Assembly: GCA_964474435.1 (NCBI GenBank)
Contig: CAYYSI010000002.1
Location: 92,260 to 156,259, forward strand
From: an uncultured Candidatus Saccharibacteria bacterium
GTDB taxonomy: Bacteria; Patescibacteriota; Minisyncoccia; Phycocordibacterales; UBA9973
Reading direction: 5' to 3'
DNA length: 64,000 nt
Below the pieces are notes generated by a model. It was not told where the DNA came from, did no database searches, and saw nothing but the letters and a program-made list of their open reading frames with translations. The translations under genes were made by a program, and so were the position numbers. Shown in pieces: positions 19,728 through 29,646 of the stretch. Numbering within the stretch: position 1 is the first letter of the stretch; each line of letters opens with the position of its first letter.

Positions 19728-20135
19728 TTATTTTTGAGTATTGTTCGGATCAATAACGTCGAGACTCCATGACAAAGTCTTGAGTTTGCTCTCGGTTAGT
19801 GTAGCACGATCGTTGCTTGCCTGAGCTTCAGGAACATCACGCTTCCCTGGTACAGGTGCTTGTTTGCGCCAGAGATACAGGCGTGATTTGGAATAAAACC
19901 TGATGAATGACTGGAGCACATTGATAAACGGCTTGTCATTGTATTTGAAAAACGTAAGTGCGAGCGCAAGCGCGGCAAACGCAGGTGCGACAATGAGCGC
20001 GACGTAGATTGGGAGTATTTTGAATGAGAGATACACAAAGCCTGCTCCCCCGGCAAGGTATGCAAACTCTCGGAACGTAAATGGTCCGAATACTTTGTCC
20101 TCGATGTCGATAAATTGGGGAACCTTGAACTGCAT
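19728..20135 (-). CDS. VirB3/PrgI-like small two-TM protein
   Basis: 135 aa; two TM helices (LAGGAGFVYLSFKILPIYVALIVAPAFAALALALTFF); positioned directly upstream of the VirB4-like genes, as in Gram-positive T4SS loci. Confidence 0.4.
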   Translation of the reverse strand: MQFKVPQFIDIEDKVFGPFTFREFAYLAGGAGFVYLSFKILPIYVALIVAPAFAALALALTFFKYNDKPFINVLQSFIRFYSKSRLYLWRKQAPVPGKRDVPEAQASNDRATLTESKLKTLSWSLDVIDPNNTQK

Positions 20136-20169
20136 AGCTCTATTGTACCCTACTTCGCTTTATTTCTGA

Positions 20170-20703
20170 TTATTTTTCGGGGATTTCGCGATACGGATCG
20201 ATCGATTTGATGCCACTTGGTGCAGTTGATGGAGCCGATGTTGTATTGAGTGAAGTATTTTCACCATACGAACGCTTGGTTGGAGCAAGAGTCGATGGAG
20301 CGGTCATAGTTTGGTTGAGACGAGTAAATGAGTTATTTCCAGAAGCCTCTGCTTCAGACAACTCAACCTCTTCGTTTTGTGCATATCCATCTATAACTAA
20401 ATCAAAGATTTTATCAGTCACATTGTTTTTAACCCAATTTATAATTATCTGATTCATCTCCGGTGAAGTACTAATGGATCGGATACGATTAACCAGAGTT
20501 TCTTCTGTTTCTACTTGTGCTATATAACCATATAGAGTTCCTCGAAATAGTGATATCGTCTCTGATGTTAGTCGTTGTTCTTGGCAGAATTCAGTAAACG
20601 CTTTTATAAAAGAATCACTATAAATGTAATCCTTCACTTCCTCAGGAATTTTATTGAAAGACTCTTCTATTTTTTGCAAATTTTCATCCATATTATTTTC
20701 CAC
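20170..20703 (-). CDS. acidic hypothetical protein
   Basis: Track start is GTG at 20703 (alternative ATG at 20691); overlaps the upstream gene stop by 11 nt. Confidence 0.4.
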   Translation of the reverse strand: MENNMDENLQKIEESFNKIPEEVKDYIYSDSFIKAFTEFCQEQRLTSETISLFRGTLYGYIAQVETEETLVNRIRSISTSPEMNQIIINWVKNNVTDKIFDLVIDGYAQNEEVELSEAEASGNNSFTRLNQTMTAPSTLAPTKRSYGENTSLNTTSAPSTAPSGIKSIDPYREIPEK

Positions 20704-23700
20704 TCTCCTTCTCTTTATTTTCGCGCTTTTCCTTTATTTTTTCCAACTCATTTTCTTTCTTTGCAAGCTCACTCTCAAGACGACTCTTTGTTTCATCGTT
20801 AAGTTTGTTAAGGTCTTCTCTATGTTTTTCTTTCTGCATATAAAGATCATTTCTATCTGCCTCGAGATCTTCGGCTTCTTTTATTTTTCCTGCGCGTCTT
20901 GCTATACCTGCTCTATTATCTAAGTCGCGAATATTATTTTCCATGACATCAGTTTTTGCTCTGAGACCTCTCTTGTACATCTCCATAGTTTCTTCCTTGT
21001 CTTTTTCGCTGTCATATGAACCTTTTGTTTTGCCTTTGTATTTCTCAAAGGCTTTTTCGCCAGCGTTTGCTCGATCAATCATTTGATCAAAGAATGCACT
21101 AAAGCCACTTGTTACTGTGTTAAGTTGTTTGTTTAGCTCTTCAAGTTTTTTGTCGATTATTTTCTTTTCGTTTTCAATTCGATCCTCTTTTGATCCAAAC
21201 TTACCTTTCTCTCTTTGATCTTTAGCATCATCAACAAATTTCTTTGCAACGGAAACATCACTCTTATTCTTTCTACTCTGATCATAGAGAAATGCCCCTA
21301 AAGCGCCAGTAGTAACTCCCGCAGCGGCAAAGCCACCAGCCCCAAGTGCTGTCCCTACGCCACCCGCTGTACCAACCGCTGCAAGAGGTTTTCCAGCTTG
21401 TTGACCAAATGTTTGCCCTGCAGCAATAGTCTTTGCAAACTCAACGCGCAATGCTTGAGTGAGCTGTTTGTTGGTTTCGACTGTACCGTGTTCTGTCTTG
21501 AGCGCTTGAACTTTTTTAGCAACATTATCTTCATATGTTGCATCTTTAAATTTATTGGTTTTCTTCATCTCAGCGATTTCTGCTGCAGTCTTTCCTTCTG
21601 CCTTGAGTTCTTCAAGTCGTTTTGACTCCGCTTCTTTGTGTGCAATATCACTGAGTTTCTTGTTCCAGAAATCCTTCGCATCAGTATCTTTGAGATCTGT
21701 TTTGAGAGATTCAATCTTCTTTTTAGCATCATCCTTCTCTTTCTTTTCAACAGCTTTCATACCTCCTTTTGTTGCATCTTGTCCAAGGTTGAATAATCCA
21801 CTCACTTTGTCGTTGAGCTTAACTCCCATTTGTTTGCTTGCAGTATCGCTTATTTTACTGAATGCAGATGTCTTTCTAAAATCGAAACTACCAGTCTGTG
21901 CCTTGTCATTGAATCCAAGACGAAGGCTTGCGATTCTGCCACTAATACCTCCCTCTGCCTTTTGTTGCATCAAGTCAGCGCGTTTGTTTTCACTAAGTTT
22001 AAGTGCGCCGGCAAGGCGTGTACCAGCAAATGCTGCACCACCAGTTGCAACGCCAAGCGCTGCCCCACCAATAAATCCCGTAGCTTTTTCTGCATAACCC
22101 TGGATAAGTTTTCCTGCTTCACCTGCATAGTCTTCAGCAATTTTCACACCTTTCTTAATCATCATGTAGACAATAAGCATTGGAATAGCGATATAAATAA
22201 CAGTTTCCAAGAAATTTGATCCCGAGTTTACGTTGGTAAACCCAGTAATGAAATCCGAATCAATAAATGAATAAATGATGTATAAGAAAAAGACAAATAT
22301 AGGAGCAAGCAAGGCATACATCGTAGTATCGCTGAGCCACTTGTCCCATGAAAATTCTTTTATCTTACTTACAATCGGCATATTACCTTTGCTGAGAAAG
22401 GCAAAGGGTGAAAATATCATTGCAATGTAGAGGCCGATGACGCGACCAAGAAAGAAAAATGCGGTCTTCCAAAACATCATAGCGACAGCAAAGAGGATTG
22501 TCGCAGCAATCAAGCTCACAATAATATAATATGTCGCGTAGTCGTTTCTATTGAGAGGATTAGTTTTTTCACTATCACTCGAAGTATCATCAAATGTTAC
22601 TGTTCCGTTTACCCCCTTGGTACTTCCTGTTGCATTTTCTACATTCAAAACTTGTGTCGAGAATATTTTTTGTGGATTGAAAGAGGATACTATTTTTTCA
22701 GAGAGTGGTTTGTAGTTGCCAACACCTACCTTGAGATTGGTGATAGATCCATCTGCTGCTTTTACACACTTACCCTCACAGACTTCGACTGAGTTATAAA
22801 AGACTCGAGCGGTGACATTGGAGATATCGATGATTACACGTGTCGCAAAGAGACTAAAGTTGATCAATAGTGCATTGAGGATCAGGTTTGGAAGCACCTG
22901 CTTCATGTTCGACTTGTTACTAAAGACCGTCATGAGCCCTGTGTACACCAGAATTATAATGAAGAAAATATTGGAAATATCTCGCACAAGCTGCCATCCA
23001 CGAACTGCAAAGTCGGCACGGTATGATGCGTCGTTAAGCGAATACCCTAAAAAGAAATCAAAGAGCATACCAAAGAGCCCTGCAAACCAACTGATCGGAA
23101 CATAAATAGCGTAATATACGAGCCATGCAATACAGCCGACAAAGGATCCTTCCCCAGGGCCGGCACCGTTGAGGATGTGGCAGTTTGGAAGTGTCGATGA
23201 CGGTGAATCAACTAAGTTGACTGGAGTAACAGGAGTATCTGTTTGGGAAAGTGCGGCCGCATCAGTTGCTGGCATTTGAAACTGCTCTGATTGAGCAATC
23301 TTGAAGTAGGGTTTTCCGTCACCACAGAGATTGTTGAAACTATGAATACTTGATGTCGTAGTATTTGAATCAAGTGTCTGGCCGTTAGTGTTATCTCCGC
23401 AATACCACAGATCTGCTTGGTATTTTGTTGGATCACCAATCTTAAACTTATTTGCCTTTGTGATATTTGTTCCAAGTGTTCCAGTGCTTGATAATGGTGC
23501 AAGGTCTGAGATTTTAAATTGAACATTAAATTTTGAGTACTGATCATCAAGCGCACTTAAAATACCATTAACTCCTTGTGCTCGATAATGATAGATCTTT
23601 GTTGTTGGTTCAGTTTCTGTGGGGGCCGTACAAACACCATTGCTACAGTACGGAGTACCGTCTGCTTTTTGATCGATATTAGTAGGGGCAGTGCTATATG

Positions 23701-24187
23701 GTACAACAGAAAAAAGACAAGCATTTTCGTCTACTGCACCAGTTGAAGCGCTCACATCACACAAGCGTAGAATAAAAACTTTTGATGTAGCGGTAGGGGC
23801 AAAATCTTTAATATGATCCCAATGCCATTTTTTATTTTGATCGTTGGTAATCTTAAAGCTTCCTTGGAAATTGAATTTGAAATAACTAAGTGCCTGTGCA
23901 GGCGTTGTTGATTGAGGAGTTGTTGTAGGGGTACCTGGTGTTTGAGTAAGTACAGAGCCGGAGGGTGCATTCACAGTAACCGCTTGTTGCATTGTCAATT
24001 TTAATGCAGGGTCGGTTCCGTCAAACAGATTCACATACTCATTAAATACACCTACTTGCGCAAACGCCGGCATCACATTCCCTACCACCACAAACAAAAA
24101 GACAAGCGTTAAGAGCGCTGTCTTTGAGATGCGTTTGCATGATCGCAGTATTGCAATACTAATCCTTCGAACGGAGCGTGCTTTCAC
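20693..24187 (-). CDS. giant VirB6/TrbL-like polytopic membrane protein with N-terminal surface domain and C-terminal charged coiled-coil tail
   Basis: GTG start with signal/TM segment. About 330 aa extracellular region, then 8 or more TM helices with TrbL/VirB6-like spacing. A roughly 450-aa K/E/A-rich low-complexity tail follows. Confidence 0.5.
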   Translation of the reverse strand: MKARSVRRISIAILRSCKRISKTALLTLVFLFVVVGNVMPAFAQVGVFNEYVNLFDGTDPALKLTMQQAVTVNAPSGSVLTQTPGTPTTTPQSTTPAQALSYFKFNFQGSFKITNDQNKKWHWDHIKDFAPTATSKVFILRLCDVSASTGAVDENACLFSVVPYSTAPTNIDQKADGTPYCSNGVCTAPTETEPTTKIYHYRAQGVNGILSALDDQYSKFNVQFKISDLAPLSSTGTLGTNITKANKFKIGDPTKYQADLWYCGDNTNGQTLDSNTTTSSIHSFNNLCGDGKPYFKIAQSEQFQMPATDAAALSQTDTPVTPVNLVDSPSSTLPNCHILNGAGPGEGSFVGCIAWLVYYAIYVPISWFAGLFGMLFDFFLGYSLNDASYRADFAVRGWQLVRDISNIFFIIILVYTGLMTVFSNKSNMKQVLPNLILNALLINFSLFATRVIIDISNVTARVFYNSVEVCEGKCVKAADGSITNLKVGVGNYKPLSEKIVSSFNPQKIFSTQVLNVENATGSTKGVNGTVTFDDTSSDSEKTNPLNRNDYATYYIIVSLIAATILFAVAMMFWKTAFFFLGRVIGLYIAMIFSPFAFLSKGNMPIVSKIKEFSWDKWLSDTTMYALLAPIFVFFLYIIYSFIDSDFITGFTNVNSGSNFLETVIYIAIPMLIVYMMIKKGVKIAEDYAGEAGKLIQGYAEKATGFIGGAALGVATGGAAFAGTRLAGALKLSENKRADLMQQKAEGGISGRIASLRLGFNDKAQTGSFDFRKTSAFSKISDTASKQMGVKLNDKVSGLFNLGQDATKGGMKAVEKKEKDDAKKKIESLKTDLKDTDAKDFWNKKLSDIAHKEAESKRLEELKAEGKTAAEIAEMKKTNKFKDATYEDNVAKKVQALKTEHGTVETNKQLTQALRVEFAKTIAAGQTFGQQAGKPLAAVGTAGGVGTALGAGGFAAAGVTTGALGAFLYDQSRKNKSDVSVAKKFVDDAKDQREKGKFGSKEDRIENEKKIIDKKLEELNKQLNTVTSGFSAFFDQMIDRANAGEKAFEKYKGKTKGSYDSEKDKEETMEMYKRGLRAKTDVMENNIRDLDNRAGIARRAGKIKEAEDLEADRNDLYMQKEKHREDLNKLNDETKSRLESELAKKENELEKIKEKRENKEKESGK

Positions 24188-24217
24188 GCATATAGTGTAT
24201 CACGCAGAGCGATGTTT

Positions 24218-25162
24218 CTACCACAAATTGAGTCGAAGTGAGCGTTCAAGTGTACGCAATCCGATCGCAGTATTGTTTGGAGTGAGGAAGCTACCACTTG
24301 CATTTGGTCCATCGATACCAATGAAGCCATCATACGGGTTGCCGCCACCGATCGCGGCACAGACTGGGTTGAGGTAGCTACACGCACCGTTGTTTGCGAC
24401 GACTCCCCCGATAAATCCTTGAGCATCTTGGGCAAGGACGTGCCAAAACGGTGTTGGGACGCGAAGTTTGTATTGAGAGTTGGCTGGGATCTGAGCAGTG
24501 CGAGCAACACATCGGTTATACAGACCCGTAATAGTGTCTACTTTTGCCTTGAAGTTGTCGTGGTTGCCTGTTTCTGTGGCAACATCGGCATCAGTGCGGA
24601 GTGTCTGGGATAGTGCATAAAATCTATTTTGGAGTGCTTGGAGCTGAATAAGCTGCTCTGGTGTGAATTCGATATTGAGATCTGCACTGCTGCACTCGGG
24701 CCCTGCGACTGTAGGAGGTACTGATGCGGGGGTTTGGGTTGTAGGGTCAACGGTCGTTGTGGATCCTGGCGCCGTTGTCTCTCCTGGGACACCAGATCCA
24801 GGTGTGCTTCCTGATGATGAGCCATTGGTTCCCGTACCAGAAGTTCCTGTGCCAGAACCTGTGGATGTCGTTGGGGTATAGGCACCACTGCTAAACTGCG
24901 CAACTTGGGTGCCGATTGTTGGGGTGACACTCGTGCCCGGTGTTGCAGAGCTGAGATTGTCATCCACAAAGACTGATGAGAGGCTGCCATCGTTTGGGGT
25001 GAGTCCGGTGCCAGTGTTTGTGTCTCCGCTCAAAAACTGTCTGAATGTTGGTTTTGCAGTACCATTTTTCTCTGCGGTGCGGCGTGAAAAGAGCCATGCT
25101 CCCCCGAGAATGATCGCGAGCACGATGAGAATGATGACAAGGATAGTGATGAATCGTTTCAT
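24218..25162 (-). CDS. N-terminally membrane-anchored protein with S/T/G-rich linker and globular C-terminal domain (VirB8-like candidate)
   Basis: TM anchor ILVIILIVLAIILGG, then a TGTGS-rich linker, then a roughly 170-aa domain. Confidence 0.4.
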   Translation of the reverse strand: MKRFITILVIILIVLAIILGGAWLFSRRTAEKNGTAKPTFRQFLSGDTNTGTGLTPNDGSLSSVFVDDNLSSATPGTSVTPTIGTQVAQFSSGAYTPTTSTGSGTGTSGTGTNGSSSGSTPGSGVPGETTAPGSTTTVDPTTQTPASVPPTVAGPECSSADLNIEFTPEQLIQLQALQNRFYALSQTLRTDADVATETGNHDNFKAKVDTITGLYNRCVARTAQIPANSQYKLRVPTPFWHVLAQDAQGFIGGVVANNGACSYLNPVCAAIGGGNPYDGFIGIDGPNASGSFLTPNNTAIGLRTLERSLRLNLW

Positions 25163-25170
25163 AATGAGTA

Positions 25171-27483
25171 TTATAGATGACTATAGAAATACACGCTCGA
25201 ATCCTCCGATGTTTTAATAAATGGATCCGGAGTTGCAGTGATGTCTTCGAGATGTGACAACCCTGCAGGGATAGGACCTATCTGGTATGCATTGTCGATA
25301 CATGAGAGCTTCACTGGAGTTCCAGCAGCTGCTTGTGCATCGATATAGTCTGCTTTTGCTCGCGCAACAATACGCTCTACTTCTTGGTCAATGGCTATGA
25401 GTTCGGTGAGCGCATCTTGTGTTGTCTGAATGTTGGTATTGTACTGTTCGTTGTATGCAGCGACACCTTGCGCATAGCCGACGAGGTTTCCTGTTTCTTT
25501 GATCGAGTCCTTGATGTCGCCAGTGATGAGTGCTGCATCAGCCGGAGAGGTCGCCGTTGCAAGGAAGGCATTAGTGATTGCTGTTTCGCTATAGAGATCG
25601 TTGTACTTTGATTTCAAAAGCGTCAAGATATCATTGAAATAATATCCCATGAAGTCTGAACCCGTGATGCCGTTGGTTGCATATCGTCGGTCACTGATTT
25701 TCTTGAGACCGAAGTCAACTTTGTCAAAGAGTGACCATCGCACGAGCGCGTATCCTGCAAGTTCTTCGAAGTCACTGGTGTCATTGCCACCGAGTGTTTG
25801 TCCTGGGTCGAGGATATGGTGAATGTAGTCGATCTGGCCATCAACGGTCTTGGTCACTGGCTGCAAACCTTCGAGGAATGTTTGGGTATTTTCATTGAGG
25901 TTATTGTTCCAGGTTGGATTTGGTCCAGGGATACAATAATCGAGCGCGCCGAGTCGAGGAACGAGCGACTTCATGACGTGCTGCGCATCTTGGCTACGAG
26001 TGAGGAAGTTCTTTTGAGTGAGGATCACTGCGCGAAGCTGTTGGGGGCGACTGATATCGAACTCCTGGTTAAATCCACCTGTTGTTGCGTCATATCCAAG
26101 CGGTGTCTGACAGGCAGTTGCGCTTGCAAGTGTCTGGCCATTGGTACCGAGGACGACATTGCTGCCGATCCCCCCGGGTACGGTCGATGCTGCTCTGCCG
26201 CGTCCTGAGCCAGTGATGCCGTCAGTGAGCAAACGATTCATGAGTTGATCAAAGAATGTACCGAGCACTTGGTTGATCTTGTTAGTATTTTCAAGTTGGC
26301 GCACTGTTGAGTTAGTGATACTTGAAACCTGAGCTGAAATAAGAGAGCCAGGAGTTACTGTTTCGTAGCGCAGACACTTTGGAGCTTTTGTTGGAGATGC
26401 TGCTTGAGTCCCTGTTTGGTATCCACCTGTATATGCAGCACACTGTGCTTGATTTGTTGCAGCACCTCCAACGCTGGTGCAGCATGATGCGTAGTTAGTG
26501 GAAATGATCACACTGCAAGATCCTCCTGCAGTTGGGACGCCGTATGTTGTCGATGCTGTAGCTGTTGAAGTAACAGCTGTCTCGTACTCAGCACATTTTT
26601 TCATACTCAAGAATCCCCCGCCTTGCTGAAGTTCATCTTTTACATTTTGTTGTGCAGTGTCGATGATGCTATTGAGTTCGTCTGTTGCATTAAAATATGC
26701 GCCCACAGGATTGTTTTGAGGATTGAGGAATGCATTCCAGCCACCTTTGGTGAAGTCGCTTTGGAAGTCTTGGTATGCTTTGCCTTCAGGTGTATTCATC
26801 GCCTTGTTGAGGAGGCCATCAGAGTATCCGGTTGCCTGCTGTTTGAGTACAGATTTGAGAGCATTGCCAAATATTGGATTACTATTGCCGACATAGGTAT
26901 TGAGATAGCTATCAAGTTTTTCATTTTTAATAGTCTTGAGGTATGAGTCAATATTGCGTACATAAAAGGGGTTGCCACCAAATCCAGTCTTGACCCAGTT
27001 GAGTGTTTTGTCCGAGAGCTTGGAAAGAGCGGTCTTGGCAACGGCATCTGCTGCACCATTGAGACACTGTTCACGTTTTGTTGTTTTTTCAAGCTCTGCC
27101 TGAGATTTCTCCGTTGCGGTCTGTGTAGGCTTGTCCCCCGTTGGCACTGTTTGTGAGGTATTGGTGTTGCTACTCGTACTAGTTTTCTTATTAGTACTGC
27201 TAAAAAGACTCTTTGCCGCATCTGAAATAGCACCGCCGACATTGAGACAGCTCGCAAGAGCACCTCCGATACCGTTGAATGTGATACCACTATATGTATT
27301 ACCACTAAGACCAGAGCCTGTACCTGGAGTGAAGTTGCTTCCACCGATAGATGCAGCACTTGCACAGTTACAGATGTTGCCGCCTGGTGCGACCGATCCA
27401 TCTGAACACAGCGGATCAGCGTGCGCAACCATTGGAGTTGCCAACAGTGCGAGAAGTATGAAACTAAAGAAGGCAGTGCGCAT
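25171..27483 (-). CDS. large secreted Cys-containing hypothetical protein
   Basis: Signal peptide ending VAHA; 770 aa with no recognisable catalytic motif. Confidence 0.45.
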   Translation of the reverse strand: MRTAFFSFILLALLATPMVAHADPLCSDGSVAPGGNICNCASAASIGGSNFTPGTGSGLSGNTYSGITFNGIGGALASCLNVGGAISDAAKSLFSSTNKKTSTSSNTNTSQTVPTGDKPTQTATEKSQAELEKTTKREQCLNGAADAVAKTALSKLSDKTLNWVKTGFGGNPFYVRNIDSYLKTIKNEKLDSYLNTYVGNSNPIFGNALKSVLKQQATGYSDGLLNKAMNTPEGKAYQDFQSDFTKGGWNAFLNPQNNPVGAYFNATDELNSIIDTAQQNVKDELQQGGGFLSMKKCAEYETAVTSTATASTTYGVPTAGGSCSVIISTNYASCCTSVGGAATNQAQCAAYTGGYQTGTQAASPTKAPKCLRYETVTPGSLISAQVSSITNSTVRQLENTNKINQVLGTFFDQLMNRLLTDGITGSGRGRAASTVPGGIGSNVVLGTNGQTLASATACQTPLGYDATTGGFNQEFDISRPQQLRAVILTQKNFLTRSQDAQHVMKSLVPRLGALDYCIPGPNPTWNNNLNENTQTFLEGLQPVTKTVDGQIDYIHHILDPGQTLGGNDTSDFEELAGYALVRWSLFDKVDFGLKKISDRRYATNGITGSDFMGYYFNDILTLLKSKYNDLYSETAITNAFLATATSPADAALITGDIKDSIKETGNLVGYAQGVAAYNEQYNTNIQTTQDALTELIAIDQEVERIVARAKADYIDAQAAAGTPVKLSCIDNAYQIGPIPAGLSHLEDITATPDPFIKTSEDSSVYFYSHL

Positions 27484-27492
27484 GGTTGATGG

Positions 27493-28389
27493 CTATAGTA
27501 TACCGTATGTTGCCAAATAATTGTTCATGTTTACAAGCGACGTGTTGAGTTTGAGGCTATATTTCTTGTATACCGCAACTCCGACGAGGGCTGCAATACT
27601 GTTGTCATTGATTTCAGTCATATAGGTGAGCGATGTTGCGATCCCAGAGAAGCTGTTGACGATGCCAAGGTGGTCTTGGGCAAGTCCGACCGGGACTTTG
27701 ACTCTTGCGAGCTCTTTGGCAAGCTTTTGGTATGTGGTTGCGCTTGCTTTGAGTTGTGGCAGTCCGGTTTGGTCTTCGTTTTGGAGCGCGGTTGCGAGCA
27801 CTTCGATATCGGGGGTGTTTGCATCGTATTTACCAATAATATTGCGCATCGATGTGCGATAGCTGGTGAGGGTGGGGATACTGGTTTGCACGGTCTGGAT
27901 ATCTTTTAGAGTATACGTATTGCTGACCTGTTTGATATCGACTGATGCGGCAAGTTTTGCAGAGATGGCCTGGAGTGTCTGGTCGTCGACTTCGTCAGAT
28001 TGGCCAAGGGCCGCCGTGAGTGTAAAGAGCTCCCGTGCGAGACGGTCGGTGTCGTCTGTTGGTTCAGTGCTCATGCTGTCAGTGATGCCGAGCGCTTTCT
28101 TTTTTGCAGCTATGATTTCTGCATTTGAGGTGCCGTTAGTATAGAGCACAGTCGGATCCAGTCCCCAGAGCTTTTCTTCCCAGTCAGGAATCTTGTTGCC
28201 ATTAGAGTCTTTGCCCACAATGTCCCCCACTGTTTCAGACACAACGACTGCAGACTTTTCTCGTTTAAAGACAAGTCGCTGAAACCATGCCGTTTGTACG
28301 ATGAGCACAACTGCAACAATGCCGATCGCGATTGCGCCACGCTTGATGAACTGCTTACTGGGACGGGAAGATTGTTGTGATAGCTCCAT
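27493..28389 (-). CDS. membrane-anchored hypothetical protein
   Basis: Single N-terminal TM (AIAIGIVAVVLIVQTAWF); 298 aa. Confidence 0.45.
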   Translation of the reverse strand: MELSQQSSRPSKQFIKRGAIAIGIVAVVLIVQTAWFQRLVFKREKSAVVVSETVGDIVGKDSNGNKIPDWEEKLWGLDPTVLYTNGTSNAEIIAAKKKALGITDSMSTEPTDDTDRLARELFTLTAALGQSDEVDDQTLQAISAKLAASVDIKQVSNTYTLKDIQTVQTSIPTLTSYRTSMRNIIGKYDANTPDIEVLATALQNEDQTGLPQLKASATTYQKLAKELARVKVPVGLAQDHLGIVNSFSGIATSLTYMTEINDNSIAALVGVAVYKKYSLKLNTSLVNMNNYLATYGIL

Positions 28390-28407
28390 TATGTCTACAA
28401 TTGTACA

Positions 28408-29217
28408 CTATTTTATTTTTTCAATTGCCTGCGCAAGGGCTTTCCATTGATCGAGCGCTATGGTTTCAGGTCGCGTTTTGGGATCGATGCTGACCGATGC
28501 AAGTATATGTTGCGCCAGATCTTTGGTATCCAGATAGTCGGCAAGGCTCCCACCGATTTGTTTTCGCTTCTTGCCAAAGACTGCCTTCATGACTGAGAAA
28601 AATATCTTTTCATCGCAATCAATAAAAAATGTTCTATTTATATCTTGTATAAGAAGTATTGCTGACTCCACAGTTGGTGGCGGTACAAATGCACCAGGTG
28701 GTACACGTCCCACGATACTTGCATTGCCATATGCCGCAACTGCGACAGACAAAATGCTTTGTTTACCATCTTTGGACACAATACGCTCGGCGACTTCTCG
28801 TTGCATGAGGAGTACCATGCGTTCTGGTTGATGCGCAGTGTTCAAGAACTGTTCAATGATCGCACCGGTGATGTAGTACGGAATATTTGCGATGAGTTTG
28901 TAGGGTTTTTGTGGAAGCGTGAGTGGATCAAATTTTAAAATGTCTTGGTGGATGAGTGTTAATTTTCCTGAAGCCATACTCTCTGCAAAGTTCTCCTGTA
29001 GAAGTGGAATGAGATCACGATCTTTTTCAATGGCGATGATCGTTGCGCCTTTTTCAAGGATTCGCTCAGTAAGCACGCCCTTGCCTGGCCCAATCTCAAG
29101 CACGAGGTCACCTGCACCAATATCCCCCGCATCAATGATCTGCGAGAGTGCCTTGGTCGAAGTGAGGAAGTGTTGCCCCAATGATTTCTTTGCGTACATG
29201 CCACTACTATAGCGCAT
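28408..29217 (-). CDS. rsmA: 16S rRNA (adenine1518/1519-N6)-dimethyltransferase
   Basis: KsgA motifs KSLGQHFL and EIGPGKGVLT; alternative ATG at 29199. Confidence 0.85.
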   Translation of the reverse strand: MRYSSGMYAKKSLGQHFLTSTKALSQIIDAGDIGAGDLVLEIGPGKGVLTERILEKGATIIAIEKDRDLIPLLQENFAESMASGKLTLIHQDILKFDPLTLPQKPYKLIANIPYYITGAIIEQFLNTAHQPERMVLLMQREVAERIVSKDGKQSILSVAVAAYGNASIVGRVPPGAFVPPPTVESAILLIQDINRTFFIDCDEKIFFSVMKAVFGKKRKQIGGSLADYLDTKDLAQHILASVSIDPKTRPETIALDQWKALAQAIEKIK

Positions 29218-29294
29218 TTCGGAAAAATGGTTTGATTTTAAATTAGGGAAAATAAAAAGGTTGTTTTAAAAACAACCTTTTGAAAGCAAGGTAT

Positions 29295-29576
29295 CTATAC
29301 CAATGCGTTTAGTTTTAATACTAATTCTTTAGCATAGTTAATAACGATCGGATTGGTTTCTAATCTTTTCGCATATTCATCTAAAGATGCAATACCCCAT
29401 CTTTTTAACTTCTTGGAAAAACTACGATTTCTACTAGTACGAATAAGCATACGTTGTATTATCAATGTTTTGGCTTCTTCTTCAGATACTATAGTTTTTT
29501 TACCTGTCGCAGTTGATGTAAAAATAAGTCGCCCTTCGTTATTAACAAAATACGATGCACTTGTGTTGTTTTTCAT
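29295..29576 (-). CDS. small basic hypothetical protein
   Basis: 93-aa ORF with ATG start, upstream of rsmA on the same strand. Confidence 0.3.
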   Translation of the reverse strand: MKNNTSASYFVNNEGRLIFTSTATGKKTIVSEEEAKTLIIQRMLIRTSRNRSFSKKLKRWGIASLDEYAKRLETNPIVINYAKELVLKLNALV

Positions 29577-29646
29577 TTTCTTAAATTTCCCCTACTCTAT
29601 TCTTTTTCCTTACAAAGTCAAATACTCGAAATGCTATACTCCCCTT

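Noticed and set aside
29353-29646. ATG start at 29353 for the peptidoglycan-binding protein
   Set aside because: It would place 98 residues ahead of an obvious signal peptide and overlap the 29295-29576 minus-strand ORF. The in-frame GTG at 29647 begins exactly at the signal peptide
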